Source of the DNA: a virus
Taxonomy: Duplodnaviria > Caudoviricetes
Reading direction: 5' to 3' (one strand)
IMG/VR virus record: IMGVR_UViG_3300016476_000270
Location: 1 to 32,243 of that record
DNA length: 32,243 bases
Numbering within the stretch: position 1 is the stretch's first letter; each line of letters begins with the position of its first letter. The notes beneath the pieces were generated by a model that made no database searches, was not told the DNA's origin, and was given only the letters and a program-made list of their open reading frames with translations. The translations under genes and the position numbers were made by a program. Of the stretch, positions 18,318-26,237 are shown in pieces.

Positions 18318-18772
18318 TGAGAGAGATATTAGCGATCTGGGCGTGTTTAATTGCTTTTATGTTCGCTAGTAGCTCTGCGAAAGCACAGCCTATAGTTACA
18401 GAATCTACATCTAAAGCTGAAACTACTGTTAAATCACCACCACCATCAGCGATTAGCCCTAGCATCACATCAATCAATAATTTTATGTGCTCTAGTGGTG
18501 TAGGCGGTGCAGTTCAAACTCAGATTTTCGGTATCTCTATGGGTTCTACGATTACCGATAAGAACTGCGAATTAGTCATTTTGGCTAATGCTTTATCAGC
18601 TCAAAGAATGACAGGCGTAGCTACTACGCTACTCTGTCAAGATGCTAGAGTGTGGTATTCAATGTGGGATAGTGGCGTAATCTGCCCTATAAATGGCAAA
18701 ATCGGATCAGAAGCTAAACTCATCTGGGAACAAAATCCACAATGGATGCCAGATAGACCTAAGATCAGATGA
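18317..18772 (+). CDS. Secreted Cys-containing protein of unknown function
   Basis: Signal peptide ending AKA/Q; PPPSAISP; four Cys in the mature part. Confidence 0.7.
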   Translation: MREILAIWACLIAFMFASSSAKAQPIVTESTSKAETTVKSPPPSAISPSITSINNFMCSSGVGGAVQTQIFGISMGSTITDKNCELVILANALSAQRMTGVATTLLCQDARVWYSMWDSGVICPINGKIGSEAKLIWEQNPQWMPDRPKIR

Positions 18773-20241
18773 AGTGGATAATTGCCTTACTAGCCACTAT
18801 TAGCTTGGCACAGGCACAAGTAATACAGCACAATATTTCAGACGATGGCTATGCTCATGTGCCATTACAGTTTCCATTTCCTTACTATGGTCGTATCTTT
18901 ACTGATAGCTTTATGTATAGTAATGGCGTAGTAGGATTTGGATCAATAAATAATCATTGGTGCTGCTCTGGATACGATCTAAGATTTAGCCAAGGATATC
19001 AGTTTAATTACTCGATCATGGCTCTACAGACTGATTTAATCAATTATGGATCAGGTCGATTCTTAACTGAAGGCACTCCACAATATCAGAGATATACATG
19101 GGAAAATATCTCAGAATTCGGCAGACCTAATAATTTGAATACTTTTGGCGTAGAGATCAGACCAGATGGATTCATAGGTATGTATTACAATAAAGTGCAC
19201 CTAGATCGACCATTTACTATCGGTATGACAGGTGACACTACGCTAGGTGAATATACTCAGCATAGATACCAGAATGGATTACATACAGATGAGCCATTTA
19301 ACTATCTAGCGAATGGAACTGGCAATATTTGTGTGACTAATCCACTAGCCAGCCCATCATGCCCTAATTATCAAGAAGCCTATGATCTGCAACAATGCTC
19401 TCTAAATCCACTCTATAGACCATCTTGTATAGGTTATGAGCAAGCCTATTTAGATCAACAATGTAGCCTAAATACACTTTATAGCTCTCAATGTAGCGGA
19501 TACCAGCAAGCGTATCATGATCAACAATGCTCGCTAAATGCCTTATATGCGACTACTTGCATAGGTTATGAAGCAGCTTATTTTAATAATCAATGTCGTA
19601 TAAATCCGTTATATAACTCTGGCTGCCAAGGTTATGCACAGGCTTATTTTAATTACCAATGCTCTCAGAATCCGCTATATGACAGAAATTGCACAGGATA
19701 TGCCGAAGCATATGCTTTAGCTAATGTCGTGCCAGCTACGAGCACTAATACAGTATCTACATCTACCCCTAGCGTTCAAGTAAGCACTACAGGCACAGTA
19801 ACTATGGAAACTCCAGTAGTCGCTGATCCAGTAGTCAATGAAGTGATCACTAGACCAGTTCAAACTTCTACATCAGCTGCACAATCTAGCCAGCCACCTA
19901 GTCAGGTAACTACTCAGACGATCACTCAGGCAGCTCAAACTGAAAAAAAAGAGAGCAAAAAAGAGGATAAGAAAGAAGAAAAACGAGAAGAAAAGCGAGA
20001 ATCTAAGCAAGTAGCCAGAGATATAAAAGTAGATTCTACAAAGAACGAAGTAGGTCAGATTAAATCTGTAGAGATCAGAACTGTAGAACTTCCTAAAGGT
20101 GTAGAAATTATCGATTATTCATTCATGCGAATAATTGCCAATATGAAAACAATCCAAGAAAATCGTAATTCAGCACGAATGATGCAGCATAGTGATCGTA
20201 TTCATAGGAGTTTAGTAGATGAACAATGGCGAAGAGATTAA
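18769..20241 (+). CDS. Secreted protein: nidogen(NIDO)-like domain, six Cys repeats, S/T linker, charged tail
   Basis: Signal peptide ending AQA/Q; DDGYAHVPLQFPFPYYG...SNGVVGF; CxxNPLYxxxCxGYxxAY repeats. Confidence 0.7.
   Translation: MKWIIALLATISLAQAQVIQHNISDDGYAHVPLQFPFPYYGRIFTDSFMYSNGVVGFGSINNHWCCSGYDLRFSQGYQFNYSIMALQTDLINYGSGRFLTEGTPQYQRYTWENISEFGRPNNLNTFGVEIRPDGFIGMYYNKVHLDRPFTIGMTGDTTLGEYTQHRYQNGLHTDEPFNYLANGTGNICVTNPLASPSCPNYQEAYDLQQCSLNPLYRPSCIGYEQAYLDQQCSLNTLYSSQCSGYQQAYHDQQCSLNALYATTCIGYEAAYFNNQCRINPLYNSGCQGYAQAYFNYQCSQNPLYDRNCTGYAEAYALANVVPATSTNTVSTSTPSVQVSTTGTVTMETPVVADPVVNEVITRPVQTSTSAAQSSQPPSQVTTQTITQAAQTEKKESKKEDKKEEKREEKRESKQVARDIKVDSTKNEVGQIKSVEIRTVELPKGVEIIDYSFMRIIANMKTIQENRNSARMMQHSDRIHRSLVDEQWRRD
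19330..19725 (+). repeat. Six degenerate 66-bp (22-aa) tandem repeats
   Basis: CVTNPLASPSCPNYQEAYDLQQ / CSLNPLYRPSCIGYEQAYLDQQ / CSLNTLYSSQCSGYQQAYHDQQ / CSLNALYATTCIGYEAAYFNNQ / CRINPLYNSGCQGYAQAYFNYQ / CSQNPLYDRNCTGYAEAYALAN. Confidence 0.95.
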
Positions 20242-20707
20242 GGATGTCAATAAAGGCATCGATAAAATAGAAGAAGCAGTCAAGAAGTATGCTGGTAAAG
20301 ATACTGTTATTAGCATTGGTGGCTATGAGTTCACTCCAGCTAAATTGATGGTCTTATTCACTATTGTATCTTCTGCTCTTGGTGGTTTATATGGCGTTTT
20401 CGAGGTATATAAATCTTATCAATCCATGCAAAAAAAGATAAACGAATATGTCACTCCAGATCTATCAGAATTCGATAAGCGTTTAATTCTTGTAGAAGAA
20501 ACATCGACTAAGACTAACGACTACACCAGAGATATTAAAAATGACATCAAGAACGATATTCGTAAGCTAGAAAAGGTAGTCGAGCAAGTCGAGAGAGATA
20601 CTAAACAAGCTCGTAGAGAAACTGATCAAGAACTAAGACAGATTCGTAAAGATGTAGATCAAAAACTTAAAGAAGCTATGGATAATCCAATTTTAGGGGG
20701 TAAGTAA
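20219..20707 (+). CDS. Single-TM protein with long C-terminal coiled coil
   Basis: TM LMVLFTIVSSALGGLYGVF followed by a charged heptad-rich region ending DNPIL. Confidence 0.7.
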   Translation: MNNGEEIKDVNKGIDKIEEAVKKYAGKDTVISIGGYEFTPAKLMVLFTIVSSALGGLYGVFEVYKSYQSMQKKINEYVTPDLSEFDKRLILVEETSTKTNDYTRDIKNDIKNDIRKLEKVVEQVERDTKQARRETDQELRQIRKDVDQKLKEAMDNPILGGK

Positions 20708-20964
20708 TGAGTAGAATGTCATCAGAAGAAATCGAGATTCGTATCTGGGCGTTTATCGTAGTAATTCTATCTACCATGTTATTCGTGATAGCTTTAGGTG
20801 TTCTATGGGCTGTAGCTTTTGAAGAACAGAAGATGGAATTAGCACCTATTGACAGCATTTTCTTAGAGATCCTAAAAGCTGTGGCTTATATGTCAATCGG
20901 CACATTAGGTGGCATCGCTGGTCGTAAGATTGGTAAAGAGAAAGATGATGAGGTGAAAGAATGA
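20707..20964 (+). CDS. Small two-TM membrane protein (holin/antiholin candidate)
   Basis: Two hydrophobic segments, charged C-terminus; adjacent to the holin. Confidence 0.55.
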   Translation: MSRMSSEEIEIRIWAFIVVILSTMLFVIALGVLWAVAFEEQKMELAPIDSIFLEILKAVAYMSIGTLGGIAGRKIGKEKDDEVKE

Positions 20965-21362
20965 TCCCATTAGCAGCCATTATGAGCATCGGTGAAAAGG
21001 TGCTCGATAAAGTATTGCCAGATCCAGAAGCTAAAGCTAAAGCTATGGCAGAACTTACTAAGATCCAGAATGAAGGTAAGTTAGCAGAATTAAACGCTGA
21101 TAACATCGAGAATCAAGAGCTAACTAAGCGATTAGAAGCTGATATGAAGTCAGATTCATGGCTATCTAAGAATATTAGACCTATGACATTAGTATTTATC
21201 TTAGTGGTTTATTCTACTTTTGCGATGATGTCTGCGTGGGATATTGAAGTAAATAACAACTATGTAGAGCTACTTGGTCAATGGGGTATGCTTATTATGA
21301 GTTTTTACTTTGGTGGTCGCACATTAGAGAAAATTATCGATATGAAGGGTAAAAAAGAATGA
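20961..21362 (+). CDS. Holin, 3TM gene-transfer-agent type
   Basis: LDKVLPDPEAK, SDSWLSKNIRP, FYFGGRTLEK motifs. Confidence 0.8.
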   Translation: MIPLAAIMSIGEKVLDKVLPDPEAKAKAMAELTKIQNEGKLAELNADNIENQELTKRLEADMKSDSWLSKNIRPMTLVFILVVYSTFAMMSAWDIEVNNNYVELLGQWGMLIMSFYFGGRTLEKIIDMKGKKE

Positions 21363-21508
21363 CATTAGATCAGAGAAAAGACTATCTATTAAATAAGCAT
21401 TTTTATATTGCTAAATATATGTCTATTCCAGTTAATGTTAGTTTTAAAAGAAAAATCATTAAGAAATTAAAAGGGCTATATGAAAGATATACTTTTAAAA
21501 ATTGTTGA
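21359..21508 (+). CDS. Small basic protein, 49 aa (not in ORF track)
   Basis: ATGA overlap with the holin stop; MTLDQRKDYLLNKHFYIAKYMSIPVNVSFKRKIIKKLKGLYERYTFKNC; fills the holin-lysin gap. Confidence 0.45.
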   Translation: MTLDQRKDYLLNKHFYIAKYMSIPVNVSFKRKIIKKLKGLYERYTFKNC

Positions 21509-22097
21509 TCAGGCTACAGCTGATAAGTGGGCTGATTCTCTACAAGCTACTTGTGACAAGTTCGAGATCAATACACCAGAAAGAATCGCTGGTTTTGTGG
21601 CTCAATGTGCACATGAATCTGGTATGTTTAAAAGCGTATCTGAAGGTCTAAATTACAAGGTAGAAGCTCTAAAAGCTCTATTCGGCAGACATCGCATAAG
21701 TGAAGAAGATTGTAATAAATATGGTCGCATTGATGGAAAGCAGCCAGCAGATCAAGCTGGTATTGCCAATGCTATCTATGGCGGTGAATTCGGCAAAAAG
21801 AATCTAGGCAATACTGAATATGGCGATGGTTATGCTTATCGTGGGCGTGGTCTTATTCAGCTCACAGGTAAGGCTAACTACAAGAAGGCTGGTGATTCTC
21901 TAGGTGTTGATCTAGTCGCGAATCCAGATCTAGTAGCTACTCCAGAATATGCAGCTCTTACAGCTGGCTGGTTCTGGTCTGCTAATAACTTAAATGCTCT
22001 GGCTGATGCTAAAGATCTTCTAGGTATGACTAAGAAGGTCAATGGTGGAACTATTGGCATTGAGCATCGCACAGAGCTGTATAACAAGCTAATCTAA
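21480..22097 (+). CDS. Endolysin, glycoside hydrolase family 19
   Basis: AQCAHESG, LGN...GDGYAYRGRGLIQLTGKANY, AGWFW, TKKVNGG. Confidence 0.93.
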   Translation: MKDILLKIVDQATADKWADSLQATCDKFEINTPERIAGFVAQCAHESGMFKSVSEGLNYKVEALKALFGRHRISEEDCNKYGRIDGKQPADQAGIANAIYGGEFGKKNLGNTEYGDGYAYRGRGLIQLTGKANYKKAGDSLGVDLVANPDLVATPEYAALTAGWFWSANNLNALADAKDLLGMTKKVNGGTIGIEHRTELYNKLI

Positions 22098-22300
22098 ACT
22101 GGCTTTTCGATTGTCTGGAATGTGAAATCACATTCTGGGCATCGATGCCTTCTGATCACCATAGGCTGATCATCTGCTTCATCTAAGAAGGTTCTAGTTT
22201 CAAGGCATTTAGTTTTATATGCTTCATTTTTACTGCTTAGACATTCTGGGCAGAACATAGGTTTAAATCCGAAAAATGTTATTTGTTCTCGCAGCTGCAT
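22094..22300 (-). CDS. Zinc-ribbon protein (NrdR N-terminal-like)
   Basis: MFCPEC...ETR...RRHRCPECDFTFQTIE; true start may be the internal Met. Confidence 0.7.
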   Translation of the reverse strand: MQLREQITFFGFKPMFCPECLSSKNEAYKTKCLETRTFLDEADDQPMVIRRHRCPECDFTFQTIEKPV

Positions 22301-22497
22301 TTTCTGCCTTGGCTACAATCCTGATTACATTCACTTTTAATATGTGAAAGTCGTTTATAAGTTTCCCATGTCATAGGTGCATGGTTTACAAGCCATTCGG
22401 TAAGATGGTCGTATTTCGAATAGATCCATATACATAAAATAATGGCTTTTATATACATGATCACAGCGATACATATAACAATGTCTAAATATTCCAT
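22279..22497 (-). CDS. Hypothetical membrane protein with C-terminal Cys motif
   Basis: AGGA SD; N-terminal TM; CNQDCSQGRKCSC. Confidence 0.6.
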   Translation of the reverse strand: MEYLDIVICIAVIMYIKAIILCIWIYSKYDHLTEWLVNHAPMTWETYKRLSHIKSECNQDCSQGRKCSCENK

Positions 22498-22498
22498 A

Positions 22499-22603
22499 TT
22501 ATTTCCTATTCTCTAAATACCAAAGTGTAAAAAGAACTGCGAAAACTACGCCAGCACCAATGCCGAGCCCTAAAAATAAGGTAGTTAAGATAGTTACTAA
22601 CAT
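22499..22603 (-). CDS. TM micro-protein, 34 aa (not in ORF track)
   Basis: MLVTILTTLFLGLGIGAGVVFAVLFTLWYLENRK; tiles the gap between neighbours. Confidence 0.6.
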   Translation of the reverse strand: MLVTILTTLFLGLGIGAGVVFAVLFTLWYLENRK

Positions 22604-22983
22604 GGATTGAACATCCAGCTGGCAGCTATATCCATTCTAGGGGTAAACTTAAAATTCTCTGCTTTTTTCTCTGCATTAAATTTAGTCACTCTAGCGTTTC
22701 TAGCCTTATATCTCTCGTTATATTCCTTCTGGCTTAATGGGATCGGTTTAATCGCATCTGGCAGATTACCAGCCATATAGAAAACGCCATAAGATCCAGA
22801 TCGTCTTTCGTATTTATGAATATGGATCTTCTTCTTAAACTTTAATTCTGTGATGTATTTACTAACGCATTTCACATTAGTATTTACAGCATCAGCCATC
22901 TGGTGACAATTCATAGGCTCTTTTTTCATGCGTTCTAAAAGATACTCGATGCGTTTTTCTTTTACTACTTGTTGCGGTTTCAT
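22597..22983 (-). CDS. Winged-HTH DNA-binding protein
   Basis: GGAG SD; PMNCHQMADAVNTNVKCVSKYITELK helix-turn-helix pattern; basic. Confidence 0.65.
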   Translation of the reverse strand: MKPQQVVKEKRIEYLLERMKKEPMNCHQMADAVNTNVKCVSKYITELKFKKKIHIHKYERRSGSYGVFYMAGNLPDAIKPIPLSQKEYNERYKARNARVTKFNAEKKAENFKFTPRMDIAASWMFNPC

Positions 22984-22996
22984 AATTACTCCATTG

Positions 22997-23488
22997 TTAT
23001 TTTAGTCTTGCAAAATCTTTATGATATTTATTTCTAGCTTCTAAACTTACAAGCTCTGCAAGTTCTAAGCTATCAAAACTACCAATAATTTTTCTTTTAT
23101 TATTTGTAGATATTCTTACTAACCATTTATTTCTGTGTTTAGTAATTCCTTTTATGCCAGATGTATTATTTTTTGGGGTTTTACAGTTTTGTGCGTTTTG
23201 ACTAATAGATGTAGATCTTAAATTTTCTATTCTATTGTCAGTTTTAATATTATTTATGTGATCTATAAACTGTGGCATATATCCATAGTGCATCATATAT
23301 ATAAGCCTATGAATTAAATACTGTCTAGCCTTTATTGCTGTCACATAGTAGCCTTTTGGATGTAAGCATCCTACTAAATCACCAATTTTTTTGTGACTTA
23401 CATTTTTTTTATAGTAAAGAGATCCATCTCTGTATTCATAAAGAGAAAGTAGATGCTCTCTTTTTAATGTAAAATTTTGATTAGCCAT
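22997..23488 (-). CDS. HNH homing endonuclease with AP2-like C-terminal domain
   Basis: HRLIY...IDHINNIKTDNRIENLR, NNTSGIKG, IGSFDS; GGAG SD supports the start at 23488 (MANQNF). Confidence 0.92.
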   Translation of the reverse strand: MANQNFTLKREHLLSLYEYRDGSLYYKKNVSHKKIGDLVGCLHPKGYYVTAIKARQYLIHRLIYMMHYGYMPQFIDHINNIKTDNRIENLRSTSISQNAQNCKTPKNNTSGIKGITKHRNKWLVRISTNNKRKIIGSFDSLELAELVSLEARNKYHKDFARLK

Positions 23489-23516
23489 TGTTGCACTCCA
23501 GTTCAATGATGGTTAG

Positions 23517-23550
23517 AAAGACCTAGATAGTTCGTAGCTACTAGGTCTTT
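23517..23550 (-). promoter_or_regulatory. Strong hairpin upstream of HNH gene (terminator/leader structure)
   Basis: Perfect 10-bp inverted repeat AAAGACCTAG / CTAGGTCTTT, followed by short T runs on both strands. Confidence 0.7.
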
Positions 23551-23562
23551 TGTCATTCTACA

Positions 23563-23826
23563 TCAAAAAGGAATATCGTCCGAATCATTACTAGATTCTG
23601 GCTGTGCTGCTGGTGCTGGTGTAGCTGCTGGCTGATCTTTTGGTTTAGGCTCTGTGAGCTGTAGCCATCCATCAAATAAGCAAGGTAAAGCATCGATCTT
23701 AATTGCTAAACCACCAGATCTGGTATCCATACATACACCTACTTTTTTCCAGTTAGTGCGATCTTCATTAGTTACTTTGTCTTTATATGTGCCATTTTTG
23801 GCAATCACATCATATTTAATCGGCAT
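23563..23826 (-). CDS. Small single-stranded DNA-binding protein-like
   Basis: Beta-rich core, P/A linker and acidic C-terminus DSDDIPF; next to exonuclease and ERF. Confidence 0.7.
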   Translation of the reverse strand: MPIKYDVIAKNGTYKDKVTNEDRTNWKKVGVCMDTRSGGLAIKIDALPCLFDGWLQLTEPKPKDQPAATPAPAAQPESSNDSDDIPF

Positions 23827-24433
23827 ATTTATCCCTTATTTTGGCTAAGATTACTTCTACTTCGTTTAAAAAACTCATTACTTCTGATTCCATCTCTCTG
23901 ATCTTGTCATCATCTCGATGCAGTCGAACTACGAATAGCTGCAAGTGCTCTGGAAAATCAGGGTTATAGCTCGCGAAATCGCACCACTTTCGACCAGTAG
24001 ATGCCATCTGCCACATCATCTGTGGGATGTATTTAGCTGGTGGAACTCCATCTAAGAAGTATTCCAGATGCGTAGATCTGTTAGGGCACTTGATCTCTAG
24101 TAAGCCATCTGATCCGATAAGACCATCTGGACTAGCACCAGAGTTCGGAATAGTAGGATGATCGATAAAACCTACTTCATCCACGATCAGACCATATTTA
24201 GCTTCAAATAATGCTCTGGCTACTGGCTCACGATCTGTGCCTACTTCCATAGCTTTAGTAGTAAAAGATTCTGTCTTAATGCCAGTTAATCTCTCGCAGA
24301 TCAATTCAGCTTTATAGTTCTTACGAGTGGCTGCTTCACCAGTTTTGATCTTAGCCATCACATCGGCTAATCTGCTGGCTGTTACTTTTCCAGCTCTGGA
24401 TGCGAACCACTCATCGCTACCTTGCTCGATCAT
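23816..24433 (-). CDS. YqaJ / lambda-exonuclease family recombination nuclease
   Basis: QGSDEWFASRAGKVTAS, GASPDGL, LEIKCP, YIPQMMWQM. Confidence 0.95.
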   Translation of the reverse strand: MIEQGSDEWFASRAGKVTASRLADVMAKIKTGEAATRKNYKAELICERLTGIKTESFTTKAMEVGTDREPVARALFEAKYGLIVDEVGFIDHPTIPNSGASPDGLIGSDGLLEIKCPNRSTHLEYFLDGVPPAKYIPQMMWQMASTGRKWCDFASYNPDFPEHLQLFVVRLHRDDDKIREMESEVMSFLNEVEVILAKIRDKYAD

Positions 24434-24600
24434 GCTAATTCCTTTTTAGATTCTTTGATAAGTGCATCGTATAACTGATTGCCTAGTTCAGAACCTTGTC
24501 TAGCTAAAAATACTGCTTTATTAAAATCACCTTTTAAAGCGAATTCATAACACTGTCTAAAACTGGCTAATACTTGTATCTGCAATAATGAATAATCCAT
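24430..24600 (-). CDS. Hypothetical protein, 56 aa (not in ORF track)
   Basis: AAGGA SD; MDYSLLQIQVLASFRQCYEFALKGDFNKAVFLARQGSELGNQLYDALIKESKKELA; ATGA overlap with the exonuclease. Confidence 0.75.
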   Translation of the reverse strand: MDYSLLQIQVLASFRQCYEFALKGDFNKAVFLARQGSELGNQLYDALIKESKKELA

Positions 24601-24601
24601 G

Positions 24602-24823
24602 TTATTTCCTTTTTAAAATTTTTGATTGGTTTTGCTTTAGGATCTCTAAAGGCACATCTAATCTTCTGATCTGGTTATCGCGATGGCAGCACCACTTTGA
24701 TCCCATATCTTTAATGATGTCTTTAGATTTTTGTAGATTAAAAGCTGGCATAAGATCATAGATAGCGTTATATCTTCCAGCGTTCATCATCTGGCGAATG
24801 AGTGATTTATCGTTTTCAGTCAT
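24602..24823 (-). CDS. Hypothetical protein
   Basis: 73-aa ORF with AAGGA SD, tiles the operon; MGSKWCCH motif. Confidence 0.7.
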   Translation of the reverse strand: MTENDKSLIRQMMNAGRYNAIYDLMPAFNLQKSKDIIKDMGSKWCCHRDNQIRRLDVPLEILKQNQSKILKRK

Positions 24824-24891
24824 AGCTTCCTTCTAATGATGTCGAGTTCACAAAATATTAAGAATAGGATCATTAAAATAAAGAAGCTCAT
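24820..24891 (-). CDS. TM micro-protein, 23 aa (not in ORF track)
   Basis: MSFFILMILFLIFCELDIIRRKL; start overlaps the upstream TGA, stop overlaps the downstream ATG. Confidence 0.6.
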   Translation of the reverse strand: MSFFILMILFLIFCELDIIRRKL

Positions 24892-25079
24892 CACTTCACC
24901 ATTTTGTAGAGTTTATATTCTTTAGATGGATGCCATTTATCTAGAATGACATAGCCTTCTCTTTTGAATTCACTAACTCTAGTAGATAGCTTCATCGAGC
25001 CAGCGTGTTTTAGTGCATCGAGTGGACTGATCCAGCCTTTTTTAAGTAGTTCGATCAATAATTGGCGTTGCGTTTTCAT
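24891..25079 (-). CDS. Small winged-HTH protein
   Basis: AAGGAG SD; ISPLDAL...KLSTRVSEFKREGYVI pattern. Confidence 0.75.
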   Translation of the reverse strand: MKTQRQLLIELLKKGWISPLDALKHAGSMKLSTRVSEFKREGYVILDKWHPSKEYKLYKMVK

Positions 25080-25081
25080 AG

Positions 25082-25618
25082 TTACTCCTTTGTAGTTAAT
25101 TGATTTTTACGACTTGCTGCGGCTTGCTTTAACTGCTTAATTACTTCTTTATCTGTGATCCCTTGTATAGCTTGGGTATATACCTTAGTCAGCTGCTCTA
25201 GCGTATCGGTAAGCTGCATGGCATCTATAAACTCTTGCACATTGATCTGGGCTGGTAGCGGATCTACAATGTCGTGCTCGCAGATCTCTAGAGCTGTAAC
25301 CCATAGATACCTTCTAAGATAAGTATGGACTGCACCTAAGTTCTGGATTGGTGTGGCTGCCTTCAGCTGGGCATCTGCCATAGGGCTAGTGATCTGGATA
25401 GATTGTTCACCACCATCTGTGATCGTCAAAACTGCTAGATCATGCTTAAAGCTAACTATGCCACATAAGCCTACTTCGTGAAATATCTTTTGGACTGTAG
25501 GTAGAAAATCTTCTAGCTCGAAATAGGTGTATTTAGAAAAAGTATTTTTTCCAGTCTTTTCTAACTTGTGATTCTGTAAAGCGATGCGAGCTGCCATCAG
25601 TTTTGTATATACATTCAT
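25082..25618 (-). CDS. erf: ERF-family single-strand annealing protein
   Basis: KTGKNTFSKYTYFELEDF and QNLGAVHTYLRRY motifs; near the exonuclease. Confidence 0.88.
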   Translation of the reverse strand: MNVYTKLMAARIALQNHKLEKTGKNTFSKYTYFELEDFLPTVQKIFHEVGLCGIVSFKHDLAVLTITDGGEQSIQITSPMADAQLKAATPIQNLGAVHTYLRRYLWVTALEICEHDIVDPLPAQINVQEFIDAMQLTDTLEQLTKVYTQAIQGITDKEVIKQLKQAAASRKNQLTTKE

Positions 25619-25839
25619 TGTTCATCCTTTACTAATCTATTTCTATCAGCTAATGCAAGTGATTTTTCAATTCTGCTTTGCATCAAAGCCTTTTCAAATA
25701 TAGCAACTTGTTTTTCTAAATTTTCAATTTGATTATCTTTTTGACGATTGTCATAATCAAGATGGCGAATTATTTGTTCTGCATCTCTTAAAAGATCAGC
25801 AACATCTAGCAATTTCAATCTAATTTCATAAGAGTTCAT
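25615..25839 (-). CDS. Hypothetical coiled-coil protein
   Basis: 74 aa, ATGA overlaps on both sides. Confidence 0.65.
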   Translation of the reverse strand: MNSYEIRLKLLDVADLLRDAEQIIRHLDYDNRQKDNQIENLEKQVAIFEKALMQSRIEKSLALADRNRLVKDEQ

Positions 25840-26009
25840 AGATCATCCCTTGTAACTGGTCTAACTTCTAAAACTTCTAGATCTTGATCTTCCATTACCA
25901 TATTTTCTTCTGTAAAACTTTCAATGTAATCACAGGCTTCATCAGCACAGAAAGCATCTACTTCGGCTATGTAATGGCGTGTAACTGCTACGCGATAGAT
26001 TGGCATCAT
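25836..26009 (-). CDS. Hypothetical acidic protein
   Basis: Start corrected to 26009 (GGGGG SD, ATGA overlap with the upstream micro-ORF); MMPIYRVAVT...EVDAFCADEA. Confidence 0.65.
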   Translation of the reverse strand: MMPIYRVAVTRHYIAEVDAFCADEACDYIESFTEENMVMEDQDLEVLEVRPVTRDDL

Positions 26010-26095
26010 AGACCCCCTGTGCGGATAACCCATACTGTTAATGGGATGACGAAAAAGCAGATGCCTAGAAAAATACCTTTTAGAATTTCAATCAT
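26006..26095 (-). CDS. TM micro-protein, 29 aa, first gene of leftward operon (not in ORF track)
   Basis: AAAGGAG SD; MIEILKGIFLGICFFVIPLTVWVIRTGGL. Confidence 0.75.
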   Translation of the reverse strand: MIEILKGIFLGICFFVIPLTVWVIRTGGL

Positions 26096-26129
26096 TTTAG
26101 TTACTCCTTTGTTTCGTTTAGATGCGATC

Positions 26130-26227
26130 AGTATAGCAAATAATCTACAATTTGTAGAGATATTTTATAGGGAATTACCCTAATTTGTAGAAATATGTAG
26201 AGAAACGCTATACTTGTAGAACTTTTT
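26130..26227. promoter_or_regulatory. Divergent promoter/operator region
   Basis: GCTATACT -10 on both strands (26130-26137 minus, extended TGn; 26207-26214 plus); palindromes TCTACAATTTGTAGA (26144-26158) and TAGGGAATTACCCTA (26168-26182); repeated TGTAGA. Confidence 0.8.
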
Positions 26228-26237
26228 AGGGGATTTT

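Noticed and set aside
19330-19725. Possible CRISPR array or DGR template/variable repeats
   Set aside because: Repeats are in-frame, degenerate at synonymous sites and have no spacers; no cas or reverse transcriptase gene is present.
613-22087. Short antisense or alternate-frame ORFs in the track (e.g. 613-819, 3354-3536, 4197-4409, 5416-5700, 7048-7230, 10162-10353, 10178-10369, 11284-11604, 13594-13785, 16658-16909, 18295-18477, 20676-20858, 20846-21106, 21878-22087)
   Set aside because: They overlap well-supported genes, lack recognisable motifs, and look like shadow ORFs.
25884-26183. 99-aa plus-strand ORF
   Set aside because: Antisense to two coupled minus-strand genes with good SD sequences, and runs through the promoter region.
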